Below, piece after piece: positions 12,430-24,449 of a DNA stretch of 64,000 nt; positions within the stretch are counted from its first letter, which is position 1; each line of letters opens with the position of its first letter. Made by a program: the position numbers and the translations under genes. The DNA is taken from assembly GCA_964016885.1 (NCBI GenBank), contig OZ024740.1, forward strand, positions 183,458,001-183,522,000, in the 5' to 3' direction. Source of the DNA: Eledone cirrhosa (lineage: Eukaryota). Under the pieces are notes generated by a model that was given only the letters and a program-made list of their open reading frames with translations, was not told the DNA's origin and made no database searches.

Positions 12430-12748
12430 TCCTTTGTTAGTGTTGAACAAAAGGGCAAAGATGGTTGCCGAACTCTGTACGGCTTAATTCGGGCTGTTTG
12501 TTTACAAAGAAACCGAACATTATAAAAAATGTTCGGTAAACCCATACGTACATATATGTATATGTGTGCATATATGTATATATATACATACTACTGTACC
12601 TCTGTATACATATATGTATGTACGTATACATACTTATATTTATATATATATATATTTATACATTTATACATATATATATACAAACACATGAATGTATATA
12701 CATATAACTAATATATATATATAAAATATATACATACACATATGAATG

Positions 12749-12833
<85 letters not shown>

Positions 12834-12999
12834 TATATACACACGTGAATGCAATTATATATATATATATATGTATTTGTTATATGTACATACATTCATG
12901 TCTCTCTCTCTCTCTCTCTCCCTCTCTCTCTCTCTCTCTTTCTCTCTCTCTATGTATATATGAAAAGATTCAGGACCCCTGCTTATATATACATTAATA

Positions 13000-13048
<49 letters not shown>

Positions 13049-13339
13049 GAATGTATATATAAGCATCAGACATGTATATAAATATGATATCTGGTCAGTG
13101 AGAGGCAGTATTATAAGCAGATCATGTTCAACTTTTGGTCCATCATTTATTATTCTATGCCTGTGACAAACCAGATTTACCCTCATTCGTCATTAGTATT
13201 CATATATTATAGCATATTTGATTAGTGCTATTTCATGATAAGTGTTATATATCTATGCCGACTGTTCATTCAAATGTGATTTAGTATGCAAGATAGGATT
13301 TGTACTATTCAGGTACAAATACAGACACTGAGACTTATT

Positions 13340-13387
<48 letters not shown>

Positions 13388-14312
13388 TATGTGAGAAAGA
13401 GACATCGAGAGCTGGAGAAAAAAGAAAGGTGTGTGGAAGTTAGCAAATATTGGAATATATATATAGAATATCAAAATAAATGAAAACTTGTAACTTTAAT
13501 GGAATATCATTTCTGTATAAATATATTCGAGTGTATGAATGTGCATTTATATAAATCTCCTCTCTCTCATTTTCTCGTAATGCGATTCTCGCTAAATTAT
13601 ATTTGTATTAATTTCCCAAGTCAAGCGATTAACCAGTTAATTTTTTGGCTTTTTGGTTAATTCTGTTGACCGATTAATCGCTTATTTTAAAAACAACTCG
13701 GTAGAGAGCTTATTCGTTTTATGTGGTTTTTGCCAATTTTTGCAATAACTACACATGCTGAATTCACTGGCCAAAATAGGGGTTTCCTCCCTTTAGAATC
13801 TGACATGTGCTTTCACAACCTGAGAGATTCCGGCGAAAGATGAACAAAAACCCGTTGAGTAAGTGATGCCTTGTACGATCATTATACCAAAAGCTTATTT
13901 TACTTTTTATAAGCAGACAGTATTATTGATTTAGAATCACGCCGAGGTTGACTTTGCCTTTCATCCTTACGTGTTCGATAAAATAAAGTACCAGTAATGC
14001 ATTGGGTTATTGCTGGGCTTGTGCCCAAAGTAGAAAAAATTATTGATTTAGGTGTTGCAGAAACCCAAATTCCGGAGTATTACATCTTCCCCGAGGGTCC
14101 GGGTAACTATTTCAATCATATCTCATTTTGTTTGACCCGTTTAGCTTGTTCGCTTTTTTGGCTATGGTGGCTATGCGTGTATGACCATTTTAACTTATGT
14201 TTATAGCTCTGCTATCCTCTTCATATGCATGGAGCGCTTGTCTGTACATTATTGAAGTTGCGTTTCGCTAATTTCTACCCGCCGAAATGCGATTCTCGCT
14301 AAATTATATCTA

Positions 14313-14346
<34 letters not shown>

Positions 14347-14577
14347 CACATACACACACATACATATATATATACATATATATCATGATCATCGCTCAAC
14401 GTCCATCTTCCTCACTAACATGGGTTACATGGTTCTGCTCCATTTGATGCGGGAATGGTGAGGAGTCCGAGTCTCGCTCACACAGAAGTGTCTCTGGCAG
14501 TATTTTTTACAGCTGGAAGCCCTTCCTCACACCAGCCAGGTTTACAGTGTTGACTGGGAGCCTTTTTATATACATAC

Positions 14578-14645
<68 letters not shown>

Positions 14646-15572
14646 GTTTGTAGTTGTAAGGCCAACACAATGCAGGTATGGATATAGAATATAAATGCAA
14701 ATGCAAAATATATTGTTGACAATTAGTCTTTTACTTTAAATTTATTTAAATATCCTTAATTTTCGAGATAATATCTCTCCTTCGGAGGGAAGTAAAGTGC
14801 TTAATCCAGCGTTCTAAATAGCTTGCAAGCTATTACATGTTGAGCTTTGATTGGTCCAATAGGCTGTTGGAGGGAAATTGTGAGATAGGTAGCCATCATA
14901 GCCTATAGCATTTCAGGGCGAAATAAACCAATACGAGTACCTATATTAGAAAAGGCGAAAGGTTAGGATTTCGAAGAGAGTAGATGACTTCGTAGAGACA
15001 GCGAAATGATAAATACATACGACAATAATAATAATGTAATATATATATATATATAATGTAAATATATATATATATATGTATATATACATACATAATAGAT
15101 AGGAAGACATTTAGGTAGCTAAATAGATAGATATAACTATATAGAAATGCATAAATGTATATAGATCTATAATAGTAAATACAAATCATTGTGCATGTGT
15201 CTGTATGGATCTCTAGCTTCAGCAAATATCAGCATTGTAATTAATCATTATAAAAAATAAACTGTGTCTTTACAAGTTTTTATTGTTCTGTCCTCACAAA
15301 TGAAATATTGTCCATTAAATACAAATCTTTCACTATGTGAACCTAGAATAGAGGCATTGGATTATCCACGAGTTAGTAAAAAATCTCTTTTATTCAATAA
15401 TTTGAATCTCCTTGAAGGTGCTATATTGGGCTGTTTCAATAATATTTCTGGTTATTACTGGTTCATATTCTATCTTTGCTGAATTAAGTTAGGGAGGCGG
15501 TGGGGGCTAATATTTTGTAGAACATAAATGTCTTCTTCCTTACCCACGTAATATTGAGTCCTCAAACACTCC

Positions 15573-17960
15573 CTCCTGAAGGTCCTGTCAGAAGGAACCA
15601 TCTCCATGGTGTCTATAGTTATGGCTCAAGGAATGAAGATGGGCTGAAACTCATGGAATTCTGTAATGCAAATGAACTTAACCTCTGCAACACAAATTTC
15701 AAGAAACTGGCTAGCCATCTGATTTCATATTAATCAGATGAAGACACAAGACAAATTGATTACTTACTTGTTAGACAACAAGACAAATGGACTGTAATAA
15801 AAACTAACGCATTCCCTCAATTTGAATGCACTTCCCAGCACAAGTTAGTTATAGTGAAATCAAAATAAACAAAAGATAGAACAAGGCAAACAGGAAAATA
15901 TGGAGATAGAGGGTGTGGAAGTTAAAGGATCACTCAGTTAAATATAGGATTAGAAAGGCCCTATTGGATGCACTTGATGAGAAGTAAAACAAGCTAGATG
16001 CATATAACGTAGAGGACAACAGGACATTTTTATGTGAAGACCTTTTGTGAGGGTGGCACAGGCCACTTTACCTGTCATGTATGGCGGCCTTGGCCTCCGG
16101 TCCCCGATCTCACTAGCTTTGCCGGCGTATCTTTCGTCGGTAACCTCGTGCCGCATCCTCGTCAGCAGGGTTCTTCAAAACACAACAGAACCCTCTGTGT
16201 TTAGAGAACGTGAGGCCGCCTGTAAGTCGTGGGACCGGCTGGGAGTTAGCCCAGTAGACGTCCCTCCTCCTTCTCCCTCTGTTGACGTCAAGTCCCTCCA
16301 ACACACTTGGGATGCCATCCAGTCCAGCCTAGCCTGAGACAGGCTCACTCGCCAGCTCGACCAGCACCGCCTTGCTTGTTTTTGTGTGGGCTCCAAACCC
16401 CACAGTGGTGCCTGGCTCCATGCCCTCCTTCTCCACTGGCACGCAGCTAGACAATCATAGCCTGCGAATCGGCGTTTCCCTGAGGCTCGGCCTCCGGATC
16501 TGCCGGCCACACCAATGTTGCTGCGGTTCCACCGTGGACTGTTTCAGCCTCCACCCGCTTTCCTGTCGCCACAGTGCCGGCCGCATTCCAAGCCATGCTG
16601 TCCTCAATGAGGTCATTAAGCATGGCTTGGATGGTGCAGGCTTCCCTTCCCAGCTCAAGCCGGTGGGGCTGGATCGAGGGAAGGGCAAAAGGCCAGATGG
16701 CATGACCATCTTCCAGTTCCGTGGTCGCAAACCCCTCATCTGGGATGCCACTTGTACCGACACTTTCTGCAGCCGCAACCTGGTGCAGTCTGCAACTGAC
16801 CCAGGTTCTGCTGCACGTCGGGCTGAGGGGGCCAAACTCCTCAAATACCGGTCGCTCTCCGATAGATTTGCGGTCGTACCCCCTGGCAGTGGAGAGTTCT
16901 GGTGTCCTCAGCCCCAGGGCTACCTCCTTACTCACCACCATAGGCGCTGAGCTGGCTAGCTGCAGGTCTGAGCCCCGCGAGTTGGAGTGGCTTTTCCACC
17001 GCGTCTTTCTTGCCATCCTCCGGGGAAACACCCTCTCCATTCTGTCCGCTGGGGCTGTGCGTGGGACTCATTGCATACCGTTGTAGTTATTGTAGAAGGA
17101 ACAGGAAGACAACAACTGGAAAGTTTGATTTTCTACTTTATCATTTGCTTCTGCTGACGATACTTATAGCTGGAGTAAAGCACCAAAAAACAGAGCGTGA
17201 CCTGGTGATAGAACAGCACAGTAGATACAGCCATTAAAACCAAGAGACATGGATGGAAAGATTGGAAAATGGGGTAGCAGAGACTGGTACTAAGTATCTA
17301 AGAAAGAGGCTAGGCATCAGTTATACATAGCTTGGAGAGAAGTTGAAAACATTAAATTTGCCAATATCTTGAGATGTGTAGATCAGTGACATGAAATGTT
17401 TTATATTGCAAGGCAATGTGTTAGTGTGAATCAAGATGTTGTTGGGGAAACCTGTTAGAAATGACACTGATGTGCTTAACGCCACTAATGCCCAAAAGAA
17501 AGTGGACTAGAAATGTTACTATGAGAGATTGATGAATGTAGAGAATGAATAGAAACTCAACCAAAGGAAGGACCAGCTATTGAGACTGACTTTTTTAGAT
17601 TCAAAGATGCAATGAAGGAGATGAAGAATGGTAAATCTTTGGGACCATCAGAAATAGTTGTGGAGATGCTAAAAGCATCAGGGGAGTTTGAACTCAACCT
17701 AATAATCCATGTAGTAAATCAAGTAATACATGACAGTCATACCAATGTCTGGCACAGCAGGATAAACATGGATTGCTACAAGGGCAAAGGTGATGCTCTA
17801 GAAAGGAGCAACTATAGAGGAATGAAACTAATGGACCAAATTATGAAAGTGACGGAAAGAGTTATAGTGCAGCTAATAGGGAAGAGTCAAAATAGACAAG
17901 ATTCAGTTTGGTTTCATACCTGGGGAAAGTACTACAGATGCCTTCTTCTTAGTGAGGTTT
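15573..17960 (+). mobile_element. Old RTE-clade LINE remnant interrupted by a CRE-type insertion
   Basis: APE remnants (GYGSRNEDG-like, QIDYLLVR) at 15600-15930. RT-proximal region MKNGKSLGPSEIVVEML..YKGKGDALERSNYRGMKL at 17612-17900, homologous to the copy at 18473-21358. Confidence 0.75.
16045..17090 (+). mobile_element. CRE-clade (RLE-type) non-LTR retrotransposon 3' fragment
   Basis: QATLPVMYGGLGLRS, SLRLGLRICRPHQCCCG..HPLSC..H (CCHC), RPDGMT..LIWDATCTD..AEGAKLLKY, PLAVESSG. GC-rich relative to flanks; frameshifted. Confidence 0.82.
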
Positions 17961-17984
17961 TATGAAAATTCATATATATATATT

Positions 17985-18327
17985 GGAGGCACATGGCTTA
18001 GTGATTAGAGCATTGGCCTTGCAATCGGAAGTTGTGAGTTCAATTTTCAGACCGGGTGATGTTTTGTTTCCTTGAGCAAGACACTTTATTTCACATTGCT
18101 CCAGTTTACTCAGCTGTAGAAATGAGATGATAGGGACCGGGATCCCTATCATTCCACTGCAAAGTGGCCGTGGAGGTGCCATAACAAAAAAGCACCCAAC
18201 ACTCACTGTAAATGAGGTTGGTGTTAGGAAGGGCATCCAGCTGTAGAAATCAAGCCAGAACCAGTTCCCATCCCACCCTTGCAAGCAGGGAAAAGCGGAC
18301 GTAAAAAATGATGATGATGATGATGAT
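17985..18327 (+). mobile_element. tRNA-derived SINE with RTE-derived 3' tail and (ATG)n end
   Basis: A-box-like tggcttagtgattag and B-box-like gagttcaatt. Near-identical copy at 52449-52792. Tail shared with the RTE 3' UTR at 18473-18630. Confidence 0.8.
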
Positions 18328-18330
18328 ATA

Positions 18331-21300
18331 TAACATTAAATTAAAAGTCGAGTGACATATATATATATAAAATAAAAACATCAAACAATTACAGGGGATA
18401 ATCTGTAAAGAGTGTAAATACACATAGTTACGGAGGTAACATATAAAAAATTAACAAGAACCTTGACTATAGATCATCATCATCATCATCATCAACGTTT
18501 AAAGTCCGTGTTCCACGCTTGCATGGGTTTGGACGGGGGTTTTCCCACTTGAGGCAAGAGTGATTGTCTTGCTCGCATAGGACTGTCTGGCAGGTTTTCT
18601 ACAGTTGGATGCCCTTCCTAACACCAACCACATTTACAGTGTGGGTCTGGGAGGTTTTTTACCGTGTTGCCTACACGGACACATTACAGCGTGGACTGTG
18701 TGTTTTTTGTCGTGACACCTACACGATCTCATTTGTTTCGGCCTGGATGGTGTGGCACCAACATAACTTTACATAGCAGGGGATGGTGTGGATGGGGTGG
18801 GGGTGGTTTGACGGGGGTGTATTTTGTTAGAGATGCCTACTGACTGTAGTAGGTTTTACTATGTATTTAGGTAAGGCGGGTCTTCTCTATTACTGAGTAC
18901 CGCCAAAGGTCTCGGTCCAGTGACATTGTCTTGGAGAGGTGTAAGTGTGTGAGGTCGGAGTTTATCAGCTCGTTCCAGGTTTTTCTAGGTCTGCCTATTC
19001 CGTGGCTACCGTCTATCTTTATTGCCCTGCACTTTGTTATACAGCTATCGACTTTCATGCGCATCACGTGTCCATACCAACGTAGCCTTCCCTCGAGTAA
19101 ACAACATCTGATCCCTCTTATTTCTAATGTTTTCCTTAGTTCGTCTATGCTTTGTTCACGTATATTACTATTACACATCCAGCGGAGCATGCAAGCTTCG
19201 TTCCTCTCTAGTCTGCGTATATCCTCTGCACACAATGCCCAGGTCTCACTGCCATGCAACATTGCTGTTCGTATGCAGGCATCATACAACCTGCCTTTCA
19301 TTTTTAGGGAGAACCCTTTAGCGGCTAATAGTGGTATAAGCTCTCTGAACTTTTTCCATCCAGTTCTGACTCTAGCTACTGTACTTTCAGAGCACCCTCC
19401 CCACTGCTGAATTTGTCACCCAGGTAACGGAAGCTGTCCACTATTTCTATAGAGCCCTCTGCGCAGTTGTAAGAGCTAGTATTTTGTGGGCACTTGCTGC
19501 TACTTATTGCACCAGAGCACCGGCCACATGTAAAATCTATGTTCTTAGTTAGCTTACCTGTGATCCCACTACATCTTTTATGCACCCATACTTTGCATTT
19601 GGGACATAAAATGGAGTTTCTACCTACGCATTTCCTACACAGTGAGCATGGCCATTTCCCGGAAGGGACCGCCGCCTTATTTTCTTTCCTACAAACTAGA
19701 ACTTTAGTCTTAGCCAGGTTAATTTTAAGGCCTTTTGATTCTAGGCCGTGCTTCCATGTTTGGAATTTCTTCTCTAGCTCGGCCATTGATTCAGCTATGA
19801 GTGTTAGGTCGTCTGCGTATAGTTCCCATGGGCAGCCGGTCTTGAACTCCTCTGTTATAGCCTGAAGGGCAATAATAAATAGTAGGGGGCTGAGAACAGA
19901 GCCCTGATGGACACCAACTTTTACGCTAAACTCTTCCCTATATTCGTTGTTAATTCTAACCTTGCTGACTGTTTCTTTTTACATGGCTTGTATAGCCCTC
20001 ACAAGCCATTCGTCGACACCTAGTTTTCTAAGGGCCCACCAGATAATGGAACGGGGGACTCTGTCGAAGGCTTTCTCCAAGTCGACAAAAGCTAAGTAGA
20101 GGGGTTTACTTTTAGCTAGGTACTTCTCCTGTAGTTGTCGTACAATGAAAAGAGCGTCTGTGGTACTTTTGCCTGACACAAACCCGAACTGCATTTCATC
20201 TAGGTCAATTCTCTCTCTGATTAGTTGCGCTATTACTTTTTCCGTGACCTTCATGACCTGGTCGATTAATTTAATGCCTCTATAGTTACTCCTATCTAGG
20301 GCATCTCCTTTACCCTTATAACAGTTAACGATCATGCTGCTATGCCAGTCCTTCGGAACAACCCCATTCTGTACGACTTGGTTAACTATCCGGGTGACCA
20401 TGGTGTGTCCCACCGTGCCAGATGCCTTCAGCATCTCAGCAACTATTTCCGAAGGCCCAACCGCCTTACCCGTCTTCATATCCTTGATTGCCTTACTTAT
20501 TATACTACCCTCGACTAACACTGCTGGTCCCTCTATTGGGTCGATGTGGGGGAGACTGTCTTTCTCCCATTTTTTCTCCTCATTTAGAAGCCTTTCGTAG
20601 TGACACTTCCAAGCTACCTTCTTATCAGCGTCGGTGATGGCAAGTACGCCGTCATCATTAAGTACACACTTCTCCCCGACAATATCACGGTTTTCCTTGA
20701 CACATTGCCTAGCAATCCTGAACACCTCACGTTTTTGGTCCTCGCATTGTAGAACATGCTTGAACTTTCTTTCCTCTGCTTCCCTTCTTGCGAAGTACAC
20801 TTGTCTCCTAGCTTCCCTCCTGGCCACTTGATAGTCTTCTCTACTTCCCCCATCCTGCCATACTTTCCAAGCCTGCTTTTTGGCCTTAATTGACCCCTCC
20901 ACCTTACTGTTCCACCACCATGTTACTCTCCTCCTGCCTACAGGCCTGCTTCAGCTACAGACTTTGTCTGCCGCCATCAGCAGGTTTGCTTTCAGAAATT
21001 CCCACTGTCCCTCTACATTGCCCGACTCTAAATGCTCTTCCTTACTGTCGAAAGCATCAAGTAATATGCTTTGAAATTTATTTCTGGCTGTGGGGTCCTT
21101 TAGCTTCCATATTTTTCTCCTGAGGATAGTCCTCTTCTGCTGTCGAGTACGTCTCGTCCTGACTATGAGGTCGCTAATTATCAGTCTATGTTGGGAGGTG
21201 CATTCTTCATGGGGGAGGGATTTAGTGTTTACAACAGACACTCTGTCACGTCTTCTGGTAAGGATATAATCTACCTGGCTTGTGTGTTCCCCGGATCTAT

Positions 21301-21791
21301 AGATGATCAGGTGACTGTCACGTTTTTTGAAGTTAGTGTTACAGATAGTTAGGTTATTTATAGTTACCTTGCAATAATGATTAATCTCCTTTGTATATAT
21401 ACCATTGAAGAAATATATTTCACCATTAATCAGTCAATCATAGATGTCAAATCTTGGATCATCGGGGTGATTTGTTTTTTTAAACCACATGTGCTTTTTC
21501 GCTGTTATTCCCTGATTTGCTTCTAGGGTATAATCCTAGATAGTTAAATCTTCTCTTTTGTCGACGATCCAACATTTGACATCTATGATTAATGGTGAAA
21601 TATAATTCTTCAATGAAATATATACAAAGAAGATTAATCATTATTGCAAGGTGTCTATAGTCAAGGTTCTTGTTAATTTTTTATATGTTACCTCTGTAAC
21701 TATGTGTGTTTACATTCTTTACAGATTATCCCTGAAATTGTTTGATGTGTTTATTTGATATATATATCATTCGAATTTTAATTTAATGTTA
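18331..21791. repeat. Long inverted repeat (about 230-bp arms) whose left arm is split by the RTE insertion
   Basis: 18331-18472 plus 21359-21463 together are the reverse complement of about 21562-21791. Confidence 0.8.
18473..21358 (-). mobile_element. RTE-clade LINE, 5'-truncated, relatively young (APE C-terminus, RT, PHD-like finger)
   Basis: QVDYILTRR, YKGKGDALDRSNYRGIKL, QFGFV..STTDA, FVDLEKAFDRVPR, GVHQGSVLSPLLF, YADDL, LRWYGHVMR, GRPRKTW. (GAT)n tail; candidate TSD tatag at 18468-18472 and 21359-21363. Confidence 0.93.
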
Positions 21792-24087
21792 ATAAATACT
21801 TGGATTTACTACTTGAATCTTTGAGCTTATTCCACAGGTGGTATAGCCCATGCTTCTGATATTCTCAGACATGGAATCTTTAATATAATTTTGGTAGTAT
21901 ATATATATATATAAGAGAGTATTGAAGTTTGCTTGAAGCATTGTGGAATAATAAGGTATATTTCTTTAGGTCGTTTTGGAAGACTCAACAATGCAGATGG
22001 GTAAATCTCCGGGTAACAAGATCCGGTGGTGGAGAGAGAGATGTAAGTGAATGTAGATTGAGAGGTATAGTGTGTAGAAGAATGTAGGAAAGAGATTAAA
22101 AAATAAAAATAATAAAACGAGATAGAGTTACCTTGGGAGAGATTTAATTGCCCCTATATATTTTGGATTCACATCCATCAACTGGGTTTTTTTTCTTGTC
22201 TATCGGAAAGGTGCGAAACGTGTCCTCCGCTGTTCGTTGTTTTGAATATATATACTTCTAAGTGGAAAGGTGGCAGTGACTCTGATGTATCAGCTGGGTC
22301 ACTTGGCTTAGGTGGTCAGATAATCTATCTATTTAGAATCATCTAATGGGAAATGTGAAACTATTTTCGATACCAAACCCAAAACGTGGATATCAGATAT
22401 TCTAGGTTGTCCTTTAATGGAGTATAGTCAATTGAAAGCATTCAAACCTGAATTTTAGGTTTGGACTAACTTTATGTCTCGATAAGTTGCTTCATGTTGC
22501 AGCAACACATGAGTAGCTGTATTATCTTACCTTTCTCACCCATCATCTATCATGGAGGCCCTGCATGAAAAAAACAAAAAAAAACATGAGCACTGCTCTT
22601 AATTCTGAGAGTAAGTCATAATATAATACAAAAATCACAAGTATAAAATCAGAGGGGAAAAGAAAGAAAAAATTCCATATTATATCATCGAATATAATTA
22701 TACTAAAGTAACAGTTCCCAACCTTGTAGTATACAGGACCCTTCAAAATACAGATATCTGGAGATGAAAAACATTTAATTATACAGAGTGTGTGTGACAG
22801 TTTATTTGAATAAATGGGGTCCTTGGTGATGAATAGTTTGAGAACTACAGGTGTATGGCTTCACAGTTTATAAGGCATTCTTTAATTTTAATTTCTCTTA
22901 TTTACTATGAAAAATCTAATATAGATATAACTACAGTTTTGTCATATTTAATTATGAGGTACACCTGAGCAGAGGTGATGAGAGCTGATCTCAACTCATT
23001 GAGACTCACAGAGTAGATGAGGAGAGAACGCTGGAAGTGAAGAGTGGCTGTGCTGAAAAGACCAATCAAATCTTTATGAGCATGGAAAAATGAACATGAT
23101 GATGATGATGACTATGAAAACATAAACATTCGGTTGTTCTATTCATACACAGAACATAACGCGATTGGCAGCATGTTTTACAGGGAGTTGGCTTTTCAGT
23201 GAAAGCTGAATATTCTTATACTTTCACTTACAATATGAAAATGTTCTCAAATCTCCATTATCCCAAGCACAAGCCACAACTAAATGGAAATTGCCAGACT
23301 ATTTAGCATTCGTTGGCATTAAAAGTATTTAATGATTATTTGGGTATAACACAGCAAGCATTTAAATAAGTTAACTTAAATTTAATGAAATTTCAATTCC
23401 AATTTTACATTTTAAATTTTAATCTTAGCTATTTTGTTATCTGGTACAAGGTCAAATTTGTGTAGAGCATAGCTCTAGCTGATTAAGGTAGAATAATTAA
23501 GTAGGCAAATTTATTACCTTGGAAGATTCTGAACACAGAATGTAAAAGGACAAACTTAACTGTATGTAATTTCCAGCCAGATATCTCATCCAGTCTACTC
23601 ACAAATATATTATTCATAATACAGATGTCAATATAGTGCATAAGATTACTAACAGAATTACATAATTTCTCATATTGAAGCTGCATGTAGTCAACTTATG
23701 GCATAACATTTCATTAAGAATTTATCAAAGGTGTCATAATTTTGAAAAGCTGCAAATTGTCAGCAAAATTTATTTAGATTCCTTTCGTAGATAACTTAGT
23801 AGTAGAGTAAAGATAATAAAAATGGCTTTTCATTATAAGCTTATACAGTAAAAGAAGTTTGCATTGTGAGAACAATGTTTTCAATAAGCATATTACATAT
23901 ATACAAGTGATTGGTAGTATTGTTTAGATGTGACCCTCAATATCTGGCACACATGTCCAAATGATCTCTTTCTAGCAATATATGTAAGCTAAATTCTCAG
24001 AAGCTGTCCCAAAAAATGGAAAGATCTGCATGGTGTGGATGTGGATGTGTTCGTCCCTAGGTAACATTGTTCGAAATTTGTCTATAT

Positions 24088-24192
24088 GTTCTGAAAAGAA
24101 GGATCTCATCGTAATAGCTCTTAATAAAATATGTGTCTATTAATTGAAATATTGATTGAATTTTGAACTCTTCCTTCGAAACAAGTGTAAAC
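24088..24192 (+). ncRNA. Degenerate type-I hammerhead motif with long stem II
   Basis: gtt-CTGAAAA(G8->A)-gaagga...tccttc-GAAA-caagtg-TA-aac. Confidence 0.5.
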
Positions 24193-24409
24193 TAATAAAA
24201 ACATCTACATGAATTTTTGTTGAATCTCTCTAATTATAACTTTGATGTTTATGCTCAGCTGATATATTTAATGGTTGGCTTAAGCTTGGTCCTCACTAAA
24301 CACATGTCTTCCATGCTATAAGCACATTATACTCATTACTACGGGCATTTAATTTTCACAACCTAATCTCTACACTCTCTTTTTGGATTGGATTGTATGC
24401 CAACCTACG

Positions 24410-24440
<31 letters not shown>

Positions 24441-24449
24441 ACACCAATC

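Larger units (their letters stand above)
11538..12640 (+). mobile_element. Retrozyme-like or PLE pLTR-derived tandem array (about 2.3 copies, 402-433 bp period) with an inverted head
   Basis: cccatacgta anchor at 11706, 12108 and 12541. 11538-11669 is an inverted copy of part of the unit. One HHR per complete unit. Confidence 0.82.

Noticed and set aside
14753-14790. Possible minus-strand HHR (ccgaagga gagat att atctc GAAA atta agga)
   Set aside because: Stem II and GAAA are good, but the CUGANGA box and helix I are too degenerate to call.
17985-18060. tRNA gene
   Set aside because: It is a tRNA-derived SINE head continuing into SINE body and tail; no full cloverleaf.
21900-22540. Possible decayed PLE coding remnant
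   Set aside because: No diagnostic motif could be recovered in any frame.
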